Source of the DNA: Bacteroidota bacterium
GTDB lineage: Bacteria; Bacteroidota; Bacteroidia; Bacteroidales; VadinHA17
NCBI GenBank assembly: GCA_030613125.1
Contig: JAUWMO010000002.1
Coordinates: 1-36,311, forward strand
Reading direction: 5' to 3'
DNA: 36,311 nt
Shown: one piece after another, positions 9,226-18,402 of the stretch
Layout: every line of letters starts with the position of its first letter
Position numbering within the stretch: position 1 is the stretch's first letter
The notes under the pieces: model-generated
The model's input: only the letters and a program-made list of their open reading frames with translations
Databases searched by the model: none
Told to the model about the DNA's origin: nothing
Program-made: the position numbers and the translations under genes

Positions 9226-9638
9226 GTCTGATGATCAAAAGAAAAATTTTCCATATAGTTGACCACTATTTCGAGAAAACTATTCATGGGTTTTGAAGCT
9301 GCCATTTTAAGCATTGGATTAAGATCTGCTTTCATTGTTATTTTTACACGAGTGTCGTTTTCTGATACTTTTTTAAGTTGAATCCATAAAAAGAACTCAA
9401 CATTAGCCAGCCCATTTCCTGTGATCTTGATTAAATCATATGGTTCTTTTTCAACCATTTTTAGTCCAACATCACCCACTCCGCTCACTTTAAAAGAACA
9501 TGATTCCGGATCAGATTTCCATTCATTTACTTTATCTTCCGGGATAATGTGTTTAAAATTGTTAAAATCTGATAAGAAATTATACACTTTCTCCTGAGGT
9601 GACTGAATTTTTCCAATCCTGCTTTCAAATTTTGTCAT
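9222..9638 (-). CDS. SRPBCC-superfamily protein (START/CoxG/polyketide-cyclase-like fold), function unknown
   Basis: 138 aa. The size and sequence pattern fit small SRPBCC ligand-binding proteins. No catalytic motif recognised. Confidence 0.5.
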   Translation of the reverse strand: MTKFESRIGKIQSPQEKVYNFLSDFNNFKHIIPEDKVNEWKSDPESCSFKVSGVGDVGLKMVEKEPYDLIKITGNGLANVEFFLWIQLKKVSENDTRVKITMKADLNPMLKMAASKPMNSFLEIVVNYMENFSFDHQT

Positions 9639-9664
9639 ATTCTCATTTTAAATGATAAAATAAT

Positions 9665-10297
9665 TTATGGAGTCCAATTGGCCGGATCGTTTCTCCATTT
9701 TTTTAAGGTATCAAGGTGATCATTTGAAACAAATCCTTTTTTTGTAGCAATTTCAATCAATGCCGGATAATTACTTAATGTTGTAAGTTCACAACTATTT
9801 TCTTTGAAATTCTTTATAGCCAGTGGAAACTCATAAGAGAAAATCGCAACCATTCCAAGCACTTCACTTTTTATTTCCCGCAAGGCGGCAACTGCATTCA
9901 AACTACTGTTACCAGTTGAAATAAGATCTTCTACTACTACTACTTTTTGACCTGAACGAATAACCCCTTCAATCTGATTACCCATTCCATGGCTTTTTGG
10001 TTTTGAACGGATATAAACGAAAGGCAGATTTAGTCTGTCAGCAATAAGGGCACCAATGGCAATAGCTCCTGTTGCCACACCGGCAATCACCTCTACATCG
10101 GGATATCTGGTTTTGATTATTTGCAAGAATTCATCTAAAATGTAATTTCTAACTACAGGAAATGATAATGTCTTCCTGTTATCACAATAAATTGGAGACT
10201 TCCAACCCGATGCCCATGTAAAAGGGTTTGCAGGATCTAATTTAATTGACTTAATTTGTAACAAAAATTCAGATACTTTAATTACGTTTTGTTTCAT
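9665..10297 (-). CDS. pyrE: Orotate phosphoribosyltransferase
   Basis: PRPP-binding motif VVVVEDLISTGNSS. The 210-aa length and overall PyrE-like sequence also fit. Confidence 0.9.
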   Translation of the reverse strand: MKQNVIKVSEFLLQIKSIKLDPANPFTWASGWKSPIYCDNRKTLSFPVVRNYILDEFLQIIKTRYPDVEVIAGVATGAIAIGALIADRLNLPFVYIRSKPKSHGMGNQIEGVIRSGQKVVVVEDLISTGNSSLNAVAALREIKSEVLGMVAIFSYEFPLAIKNFKENSCELTTLSNYPALIEIATKKGFVSNDHLDTLKKWRNDPANWTP

Positions 10298-10925
10298 GGT
10301 GCAAATGTATAAAGTTTTTTTTCAGGATCGTATTATTTATCTGACTGAAGATTTTTCCTCTTATTTTCACAATAACTACGGATTATTCTATAAGTTTTAT
10401 GATCTTAAAGAACTTTCTGATTTACTAAAACTTTTTACAGTTATTACAAAGATTAAAAAACTCTATATATTTCATAAAGATTTGCAACAGCTTTTTACAG
10501 CATTTGCCAGCCTTTTTAAAAATATCGAAGCCGCAGGAGGATTATTAAGGAGCCCGGAAGGGAAGATACTGATTATCAGACGAAAAGGGAAATGGGATTT
10601 ACCTAAAGGGACTCTTATGGATCATGAGTCCTCTGAAGCAGCTGCACTTAGAGAAGTTAGAGAAGAAACAGGGATTACCGAACTGGATTTAAAGTCACAT
10701 ATAATTAGTACTTTTCATATCTATCTTAAGGGATTTGAGCCGGTTCTTAAAAAAACCTACTGGTACAACATGATTACATCTTCCGAAGATGTACCTGAAC
10801 CACAAACTGAAGAAGAAATAACTGAAGCTTTATGGCTTGATATTGAAGATATGCAAATGATACTCGGAAATACATATCTTTCAATTATTGATATCCTAAA
10901 AAGCGAGAAACTACTTCCTTTTTAG
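10296..10925 (+). CDS. NUDIX hydrolase with N-terminal extension
   Basis: Nudix box G-x5-E-x7-REVxEETGI is read as GTLMDHESSEAAALREVREETGI. An alternative start is the ATG at 10305. Confidence 0.8.
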   Translation: MVQMYKVFFQDRIIYLTEDFSSYFHNNYGLFYKFYDLKELSDLLKLFTVITKIKKLYIFHKDLQQLFTAFASLFKNIEAAGGLLRSPEGKILIIRRKGKWDLPKGTLMDHESSEAAALREVREETGITELDLKSHIISTFHIYLKGFEPVLKKTYWYNMITSSEDVPEPQTEEEITEALWLDIEDMQMILGNTYLSIIDILKSEKLLPF

Positions 10926-12409
10926 TCCTTTTCCCTAAGGACATTTTCAAAAAAACTATCAAAACCCTCAACTGGTGACAGAGCCGGTGAACTCAGAATA
11001 GTGCCATCCCTATCAAGAAAAAAGTAGGTTGGATATCCCCTCACATCATATTCATCCAATAACTTCTGTTGATGCCCGTAATGCAGGAAAACCCAGTTAT
11101 AATTATACGCCCTTAAAATTGAAATCATCTGTTCAACAGATTCATCAACCGAGATAGTAATGATTACCAATTCATGTTTATATTTTTCAGAAAGTTCCCT
11201 GAGTAAAGGAAATTGAATCTGGCAGGCATAACTTCGAAACGAAGAAAAATTCAAATAAATATATTTCCCTGGAAAATCATCCAGAGTTCTTAAAACAATA
11301 TTTGAATCATATAACTGAATATCAGGAGCATGATTTCCAATTCTTAATCTGTTCACCTTCCAGTATATGTTACCTGCAATTTTTCTGTGTTTTTCAATTA
11401 ATGCATTTTCTTTAAGACTATCCAGAACAACAAGAAGGTTTTCCTGTGAAAACTCATTCTGATAAAATTCATCATAAACACCTTTTAAAATAGCCAATTC
11501 AACCAATGTATCATTATAAAAAAGATCCATATTAATTATTGTAGATCTCAGCTTGCTATAGCTTTTACCTACATTAATATCATATTTTATCTTTTCACCT
11601 TCTGGCAAAATTGAACAATAATATAAGAAACGGTTAAAAACCTGGCTGAACAGGTCAATGAAACCCGGATTATTATATTGTAATCTATTGGCAGGAAAAC
11701 GCGAATAAAAATCTCTTTCTTTCTTCCCTGAAAATTTCATAAAACCAAGCATAGAAAGCTTATATGCTTTATAGTCCTGAAAATAAGAATGTTGGACATT
11801 AAGAAAAACACTGTCTGTATATCTTTTGAACTGTTTAAGTGTATTGATAGGTCTATTTGCATTAAGGTGCATTGCATAGTTATTAAAATAAGGCGTATAT
11901 AGCAGGTCAAACTTCTGGATCAGATAATTTAAACCTGTTTTACCCCTATTTAAAACACCAAAATGGATTTCCTGTGGTTTGAAATAAGGATTTAAAATGT
12001 TTTCAGTTGTTTTAGGACTCTTTGGCGGTAAGGCTATCTCATAATCATTATTTGGCTCAACATACAAATAGCCAATGTATTTTCCAAGATCAGCATATAT
12101 TTTGAGAATTGATTCACTCTTAAAATTAAATCTGAAATTCCCATCTGCATCCACTTTTAAAGCACCAATTTCCTGAGAGATACCTGTTACCAGATCGGGA
12201 AAATAATAAATTTCTATAGAGTCGTTTTTATAATCAGCAGCTGATCCATATATCGTAATGATACCGGAATAACCGATTATTGAAAAAAAATGGAGGAATA
12301 AAACTAGTAAAGTTAGGTAAAGTTTAATCTTTTTCCCGTGGAGTATCATTAATAATCCTGGTTTTAAGTTTGTCGTCTCCGGGAAGGAACTTACGTGCAT
12401 CCCCGCCAT
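10922..12409 (-). CDS. Thioredoxin-fold (TlpA/AhpC-TSA-like) protein with large N-terminal domain and signal/anchor
   Basis: C-terminal ~135 aa resemble TlpA-like redoxins (YIYLNF...GYPTYFFLDRDG). The active site reads SYAC instead of CxxC. The start is more likely M21 (about 12349), because the track start overlaps coaD by 86 nt. Confidence 0.6.
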   Translation of the reverse strand: MAGMHVSSFPETTNLKPGLLMILHGKKIKLYLTLLVLFLHFFSIIGYSGIITIYGSAADYKNDSIEIYYFPDLVTGISQEIGALKVDADGNFRFNFKSESILKIYADLGKYIGYLYVEPNNDYEIALPPKSPKTTENILNPYFKPQEIHFGVLNRGKTGLNYLIQKFDLLYTPYFNNYAMHLNANRPINTLKQFKRYTDSVFLNVQHSYFQDYKAYKLSMLGFMKFSGKKERDFYSRFPANRLQYNNPGFIDLFSQVFNRFLYYCSILPEGEKIKYDINVGKSYSKLRSTIINMDLFYNDTLVELAILKGVYDEFYQNEFSQENLLVVLDSLKENALIEKHRKIAGNIYWKVNRLRIGNHAPDIQLYDSNIVLRTLDDFPGKYIYLNFSSFRSYACQIQFPLLRELSEKYKHELVIITISVDESVEQMISILRAYNYNWVFLHYGHQQKLLDEYDVRGYPTYFFLDRDGTILSSPALSPVEGFDSFFENVLREKD

Positions 12410-12821
12410 GACGAAGGATATCTCTTACAATTGAGGAATTTACGGGAGTATGTTCAGGTGATGTTAAAAGAAAAACCGATTCAACCTCCGAGTCCATTGC
12501 CTTGTTAACCTGGGCAATTGCTCTTTCATATTCAAAATCAGCGGCTGTTCTTAGCCCACGTAATAGATACCCTGCCCCTACCGATCGGCAAAAATCAACT
12601 GTTAATCCATCATAATGCATGACTCTTACCGCAGAATCATGCTTAAATACTTCCTTTATCCAATCAACTCTTTTTTCCAATGAATAATATTCCTTCTTAT
12701 TCGTATTAGAACCAATAGCAATAATTATTTCATCAAATATATGGAGTGCCCTTCGAACAATAGACTCATGACCAATGGTAAAAGGATCAAATGAACCTGG
12801 GAAAACCGCTATCCTTTTCAT
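12324..12821 (-). CDS. coaD: Phosphopantetheine adenylyltransferase
   Basis: N-terminal nucleotidyltransferase motif FPGSFDPFTIGH. The 165-aa sequence is CoaD-like throughout. Confidence 0.9.
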   Translation of the reverse strand: MKRIAVFPGSFDPFTIGHESIVRRALHIFDEIIIAIGSNTNKKEYYSLEKRVDWIKEVFKHDSAVRVMHYDGLTVDFCRSVGAGYLLRGLRTAADFEYERAIAQVNKAMDSEVESVFLLTSPEHTPVNSSIVRDILRHGGDARKFLPGDDKLKTRIINDTPREKD

Positions 12822-12901
12822 ATTGAAAATTTCATAAAACCTTGCTTATGTTAACAAATCTGGTTGCAACCACACATAAAGCCAAGTAATTTTTAACAAA
12901 A

Positions 12902-15391
12902 TTATAATTTTTTTGGATTTTTTACCTTTTGTTTCAGAAGAGCAATTTTCAGGACATCCATCACTTCTTCTACGAAATGAAAAGTAATACCTTTAATATA
13001 GATTTCCTTGATTTCATCAATATCTTTCTTGTTCTCCCCTGAAAGAATTATCTCTTTGATGTTAGCTCTTTTTGCGGCCAGTATTTTCTCTTTAATACCT
13101 CCCACAGGAAGAATTTTACCACGGAGGGTAATTTCCCCTGTCATAGCAAGAAGTTTTTTTATTTTTCGTTGTGTAAAAGCAGAAGCTATTGACGTAACCA
13201 TTACAATTCCTGCAGAAGGTCCATCCTTAGGAATAGCTCCTTCGGGAACATGGACGTGGATATTCCAATTATCAAATAACTTCGGAGAAATATCAAGAAG
13301 GTTGGAATGCGCTTTCAAATATTCATGTGCAATTACGGCTGATTCCTTCATTACTTCCCCAAGATTTCCTGTTAGTGTTAACCTTCCCTTTCCTGAGCTT
13401 AAACTGGTTTCTACCATCAAAATCTGACCGCCAACAGGAGTCCAGGCCAAACCTGTTACCACTCCTGCAAATTCATTTCCTGCATAAATATCTTTATGGT
13501 AGTCAGGTTGACCCAGAATTTCACGAATGTCTTCAAGTCCTAATTTTGTATTAAATTCTATATCAAATGCAATCTTTTTAGCTATTGCCCTTATGATCTT
13601 TGCAATTTTCTTATCGAGTTCCCTGACACCAGATTCCCGTGTATAATCTTCAATAATTCGTTCAATTACTTTTTTCGGAAAAAGCAGATCTTTTCTCTTT
13701 AATCCATGCAGGTCTAATTGTTTTGGAATTAAATGCCTGCTTGCAATTTCATTTTTTTCCTCCACCAGATAACCGGTGATCTCTATCATCTCCATTCTGT
13801 CACGTAAAGCTGGATTTATACTATTCACTGTATTAGCTGTAGCAATAAATAAAACTCTTGACAAATCATAATCAATTTCCAAAAAATTGTCATGAAATGC
13901 ACTGTTTTGCTCCGGATCCAGCACTTCTAAAAGAGCCGATGAGGGATCACCTCTGAAATCACTTCCAACCTTGTCAATCTCATCAAGTATAAAAACAGGA
14001 TTTGAGGTTTTTGCCTTTTTAATATTTTGTATAATTCTTCCTGGCATCGCACCAACATATGTTTTTCTGTGCCCTCTGATTTCTGCCTCATCATGCATTC
14101 CTCCTAGTGACATTCGTACATAAAAACGTCCCAGGGCTTTAGCAACTGACTTCCCAAGTGAAGTTTTTCCAACACCGGGAGGCCCGTACAGACAAAGTAT
14201 CGGTGATTTCATATCCCCTTTCAATTTCAAAACTGCAAGGTGTTCAAGAATTCTCTCCTTCACATTCTCCAAACCATAATGGTCTTTATCCAAAATTTTT
14301 TCTGCCCGTTTCAGATCAAAATTATCAGTTGAGTATTCGTCCCAAGGCAGATCAAGTATTACCTGCAGGTAATTCATTTGAACCGAATATTCTGCTACGG
14401 CCGGATTCATCCTTTGAAGTTTCTCTAACTCCCGTTCAAACATTTTTTTTACCTGATCATTCCACTTTTTCTCCTCCGCTTTTTTCTTTAATTCTTCAAT
14501 TTCCTGCTCAAGTGGATTTCCTCCAAGTTCGTCCTGAATAGTCTTCATTTGTTGATGAAGCATATATTCACGTTGCTGCCGATCAAGTTCAAACTTGACT
14601 TTTGCCTGTATATCACTCTTTAGCTCAAGCATTTGTACCTCTCTGGTCAGAAACTCAAGGAGGCGGATACTTCTGTCCTTTAAACTGGATATTTCCAGCA
14701 GTATCTGTTTATCCTTAGCTTCCACGTCAGAATTTGCACAGATAAAATTTATCAGAAACTCAGAGCTTTCGATATTCTTTACTGCAAATGAGGCTTCCTG
14801 AGGGATACTGGATGATAATTTAATTATCTTCAGTGATATATCTTTAAGGGAATGCATTAAAGCCTCGAATTCCTGATCTTTCTTTTCAGGCTTCGCATCC
14901 TCCAATAATTGTACTTTCGCCCTGAAATATGGATCAGTTGTTAATATCTCCTTAACCTCAAATCGTCTTTTCCCCTGGATAATAACAGAGGTACTGCCAT
15001 CCGGCATTTCAAGGATTTTAAGGATTTGTGCAACTGTACCAACCTTATTAAGATCCTCCTTTCCAGGATCATCCAATTCAGGGTCTTTTTGAGACAAAGT
15101 CCCTAAAATTCTGTCGCCTCCATATGACTCTTTTACCAGTGATAAAGATTTATTCCTTCCGACAGATATAGGTATTACAACTCCAGGAAATAATACTGTG
15201 TTTTTTAAAGGAAGGATAGGCAGTTCCTCAGGGATATTAACATTTTTAACATCTTCCTCGTTTTCTTCTGATATTAAAGAAATGAATTCCCCTTCTTCCT
15301 CCAGAGCAGACGCTACAAAAATACCTCCGAATTTTATTTTGTTTTTTCCATTCATACCCGATCCAAAACTAATCTTGTTATTAAGTAACAC
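12902..15391 (-). CDS. lon: ATP-dependent Lon protease (LonA)
   Basis: LON N-domain, Walker A GPPGVGKTS, and proteolytic serine motif PKDGPSAG. The track start is GTG at 15391; the ATG at 15355 (MNGKNK...) is an alternative. Confidence 0.95.
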   Translation of the reverse strand: MLLNNKISFGSGMNGKNKIKFGGIFVASALEEEGEFISLISEENEEDVKNVNIPEELPILPLKNTVLFPGVVIPISVGRNKSLSLVKESYGGDRILGTLSQKDPELDDPGKEDLNKVGTVAQILKILEMPDGSTSVIIQGKRRFEVKEILTTDPYFRAKVQLLEDAKPEKKDQEFEALMHSLKDISLKIIKLSSSIPQEASFAVKNIESSEFLINFICANSDVEAKDKQILLEISSLKDRSIRLLEFLTREVQMLELKSDIQAKVKFELDRQQREYMLHQQMKTIQDELGGNPLEQEIEELKKKAEEKKWNDQVKKMFERELEKLQRMNPAVAEYSVQMNYLQVILDLPWDEYSTDNFDLKRAEKILDKDHYGLENVKERILEHLAVLKLKGDMKSPILCLYGPPGVGKTSLGKSVAKALGRFYVRMSLGGMHDEAEIRGHRKTYVGAMPGRIIQNIKKAKTSNPVFILDEIDKVGSDFRGDPSSALLEVLDPEQNSAFHDNFLEIDYDLSRVLFIATANTVNSINPALRDRMEMIEITGYLVEEKNEIASRHLIPKQLDLHGLKRKDLLFPKKVIERIIEDYTRESGVRELDKKIAKIIRAIAKKIAFDIEFNTKLGLEDIREILGQPDYHKDIYAGNEFAGVVTGLAWTPVGGQILMVETSLSSGKGRLTLTGNLGEVMKESAVIAHEYLKAHSNLLDISPKLFDNWNIHVHVPEGAIPKDGPSAGIVMVTSIASAFTQRKIKKLLAMTGEITLRGKILPVGGIKEKILAAKRANIKEIILSGENKKDIDEIKEIYIKGITFHFVEEVMDVLKIALLKQKVKNPKKL

Positions 15392-15654
15392 GATTCCTCT
15401 TATCTAATGTCACGAAAGAATTATGTTCATTGTAAAGAACTTGCCAGTAATTGATAAGTGCTGGTTTACGTTGTCATGTTCTAAGTCAAAGTGGCAGACA
15501 CCTACATTGCTCCGGCAGGAAATATGATTAGCAATGAATATGCCAAATTAATAAAATTACATGTGATTTTACCTTAATAATATTTTCTTTTCAAATAAAT
15601 GTACCTATACAATGACTGGTCACTCAAGTAAGACATTAGTTATCATCTGTTTTA

Positions 15655-15690
15655 TAAATTAAGAAAAGCCCCGAAACCGAGGCTTTGAAA
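15655..15690 (-). terminator. Rho-independent terminator after the L31 gene
   Basis: On the minus strand, AAAGCCUCGG-UUUC-GGGGCUUU hairpin (plus 15665-15686, one mismatch) is followed by UUUUCUUAAUUU. Confidence 0.6.
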
Positions 15691-15705
15691 GTTTTTTCCT
15701 GAAAA

Positions 15706-15972
15706 TTATTTTTTCTTCTTATCAATATGGTCTTTATAACGGCTCATAAATTTATCAACCCGGCCAGCAGTGTCAACCAATTTCATTTTTCCTGTATAGA
15801 ATGGGTGGGAAGTGTTTGAGATTTCCAACTTAATCAGAGGAAATTCTTTCCCATCATCCATCTTAATAGTCTCTTTTGTAGAGGCAGTAGAGCGAGTCAT
15901 AAAAACGTAACCGTTTGACATATCTTTAAAAACCACCATACGATAATTTTTCGGATGAATTCCTTTTTTCAT
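15706..15972 (-). CDS. rpmE: 50S ribosomal protein L31, type B (no CxxC zinc ribbon)
   Basis: [10 protein letters not shown]... N-terminus, 88 aa, lacks the paired cysteine motifs, HPFYTG motif present. Confidence 0.9.
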   Translation of the reverse strand: MKKGIHPKNYRMVVFKDMSNGYVFMTRSTASTKETIKMDDGKEFPLIKLEISNTSHPFYTGKMKLVDTAGRVDKFMSRYKDHIDKKKK

Positions 15973-16088
15973 GTGTTTAAAGCTTTATTTAAAGTTCTGA
16001 ATGTTAATTAATTGTTGAATGCTGGTAGCTAAATCCTCAGGTACCTGTTACCTCACAAGTTAAATTATTTTTTATGGTGTTCGGTGAG

Positions 16089-16170
16089 CCCTCATCCTTA
16101 GAAGCATTGTATCTTTATACATGCCCTTTTGTTCTTGTACCTCTAAAATTAACCCACTTAAGGATGAGGG
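16089..16170. repeat. Inverted repeat CCCTCATCCTTA / TAAGGATGAGGG (12 bp perfect arms, 58-nt spacer containing an inner hairpin)
   Basis: Arms at 16089-16100 and 16159-16170 were read directly. The inner GCA(T)TGTAT-CTTT-ATACATGC hairpin lies within the spacer. Location is the divergent L31 / glycogen-locus intergenic region. Confidence 0.7.
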
Positions 16171-16425
16171 GTTCATGTGGTAAATAGTTTTTGTCTTCAC
16201 TTATTGAATTGTTTTTTTTAAAAGCGCTGCGAATATAGTCATTTTTTGTGATTTTTATTTTCAATGAACACAACAAGATTTTATCATAATTTAGTAATAA
16301 ATTAATTTTAAAATTTAGAGAAAATCAAGATTTTATTTTCGACCTTTGCGGTCACTATAAAAATAAAATTCAAATAATTTGTGTTCTGTAATATTTTGAT
16401 TACAGGCATTTTAAAGCTAGCTTAA

Positions 16426-18366
16426 ATGAGTTATCTTAAATTTGACAAGTCACAGTTGATTAATCTGGAATATTCTTTAAATAAGGAAATTTTACGGGCA
16501 AATCGTGCCGGATCTTACGCATGTACTACTGTAATTGGTTGTAATACACGAAAATATCATGGGCTTCTTGTATCTCCTGTTAACCGGTTTGGAGGAGAGA
16601 AGCATGTTTTACTCTCATCTCTTGATGAAACAATAGTGCAACATGGAAAAGAATTCCGGATTGGCATACATAAATACGAGGGAGATAATTATGAACCAAA
16701 AGGACATAAATATGTCCGTGATTTTGAGGCAGATGTGATACCAGAGGTTATAATCAGAGTGGGAGGAGTTGTGTTAAAAAAGGAAAAGATCCTGGTTGAA
16801 AGAGAAGAGCAGATATTGATCCGTTATACTCTTATTGATGCACATTCGAAAACCTGGTTGAAACTCAGACCTTTTCTGGCATTCAGAAATGTCCATGAAT
16901 TAACTACAGCCAATTTGGATGCAAATACTCATGTAGTATATATACAGAACGGAATTAAAATGCGGTTGTACAAAGGATTTCCTTATTTACATATGCAGTT
17001 CTCAAAAAAGACAGATTTTATTCATGTGCCTGATTGGAATTACAACATTGAATATCTAAGAGAGATGGAAAGAGGATACGAATATAAAGAGGATCTGTTT
17101 ATTCCGGGCTATTTTGAGTTATCTATTCGCAAAGGTGAAAGTGTTATTCTTTCAGCAAGTACAAAAGAAAATAACCCGGCAAACCTTAAGCGTAAATTTA
17201 CAACGGAGATTAGAAAAAGAGTACCAAGAAACAGCTTCAGGAATTGTCTTGTAAATTCAGCTCAGCAATTCATTGTCAGAAGAAATAAAAGGACTGATGT
17301 AATAGCAGGATTTCCATGGTTTGGTTCCTGGGGCAGGGATACTTTTATTGCACTACCAGGTTTAACCCTGTCAATTGATGATACTCAGACATTTAAGGAT
17401 GTTGTTAAAACCCAGTTGTTGAAAATGAAAGATGGTTTATTTCCGAATATGGGGAATGATGACTCACCTGCATTTAATTCAGTTGATGCACCCTTATGGT
17501 TTTTTTGGTCTCTGCAACAATATGTTTATTATCAATCATCAGCTGAAGGAGTATGGAAAGAATATGGAAAACCAATGAAGACGATCCTTTCAACCTACAG
17601 AAACGGAACGGGTTTCGGGATACGAATGGCTGACAATGGTCTGATTTGGGCAGGCGAAAAAGGAAAAGCTCTTACCTGGATGGACGCGGTGGTTAATGGT
17701 GTGCCTGTGACTCCACGGATGGGCTATAACGTAGAAATAAATGCACTCTGGTACAATGCAATATGTTTTGCTGTTGAATTAGCTGAAAAAGCCGGTGACA
17801 ATAAGTTTGTAAAACAGTGGAAAAATCTTCCGGAAAGAGTTAGTAATTCTTTTACAGAAATTTTCTGGGATGAAGAAAAGGGTTATTTGGCAGATTATTC
17901 TGATGGAATAAAAACAGATTGGAGTGTTCGCCCTAATCAGGTTTTTGTATCTTCTCTTTTTTATAGTCCCGTAAAACCTGAAATACAAAAGGCTGTTTTG
18001 GAGACAGTGGAAAAAGAATTATTAACTCCACGTGGCCTGAGGACACTTTCACCTAAAAATCCTGATTATAAAGGGATATATTTTGGAAACCAGGAAGAAA
18101 GGGACAAAGCTTATCACCAGGGAACTGTTTGGCCGTGGTTACTGGGCCATTTTTGTGAGGGGTACTTAAAGGTACATAAGAAGTCGGGAATTGGAAAAAT
18201 TAAGGCATTAATAGAAGGTTTTGAGGAAGAGATGAACCAGGATGGTGTCGGATCTATATCTGAGATTTATGATGGTGATCCACCTCATTCAGGCAAAGGA
18301 GCAATTTCTCAGGCATGGAGTGTGGCTGAACTATTAAGGATCATGCAAATACTTGAAAATTTATAA
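16426..18366 (+). CDS. Glycogen debranching enzyme, amylo-alpha-1,6-glucosidase type (GDE_N plus GDE_C, GH133-like)
   Basis: 646 aa with a C-terminal (alpha/alpha)6-barrel pattern (FPWFGSWGRDTFIAL, TWMDA, YHQGTVWPWL, GSISEIYDGD), typical of bacterial/archaeal GDE_C proteins. Confidence 0.85.
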   Translation: MSYLKFDKSQLINLEYSLNKEILRANRAGSYACTTVIGCNTRKYHGLLVSPVNRFGGEKHVLLSSLDETIVQHGKEFRIGIHKYEGDNYEPKGHKYVRDFEADVIPEVIIRVGGVVLKKEKILVEREEQILIRYTLIDAHSKTWLKLRPFLAFRNVHELTTANLDANTHVVYIQNGIKMRLYKGFPYLHMQFSKKTDFIHVPDWNYNIEYLREMERGYEYKEDLFIPGYFELSIRKGESVILSASTKENNPANLKRKFTTEIRKRVPRNSFRNCLVNSAQQFIVRRNKRTDVIAGFPWFGSWGRDTFIALPGLTLSIDDTQTFKDVVKTQLLKMKDGLFPNMGNDDSPAFNSVDAPLWFFWSLQQYVYYQSSAEGVWKEYGKPMKTILSTYRNGTGFGIRMADNGLIWAGEKGKALTWMDAVVNGVPVTPRMGYNVEINALWYNAICFAVELAEKAGDNKFVKQWKNLPERVSNSFTEIFWDEEKGYLADYSDGIKTDWSVRPNQVFVSSLFYSPVKPEIQKAVLETVEKELLTPRGLRTLSPKNPDYKGIYFGNQEERDKAYHQGTVWPWLLGHFCEGYLKVHKKSGIGKIKALIEGFEEEMNQDGVGSISEIYDGDPPHSGKGAISQAWSVAELLRIMQILENL

Positions 18367-18402
18367 AATATTTTTTTCGGGTTATAAATTAAATAACATT
18401 TT

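Noticed and set aside
15973-16080. Zur box upstream of the type B L31 gene (AT-rich TGTTAATTAATTGTT region)
   Set aside because: The sequence is not a true palindrome, and I know of no reliable Bacteroidota Zur consensus to compare with. Type B L31 is often the only L31 in this phylum, so zinc regulation need not apply.
16300-16425. Consensus Bacteroidota promoter for the glycogen operon
   Set aside because: Candidate -7 boxes (TAATTTG near 16375, TATTTTG near 16393) are each one nucleotide short of TAnnTTTG. They are plausible but not good enough to annotate.
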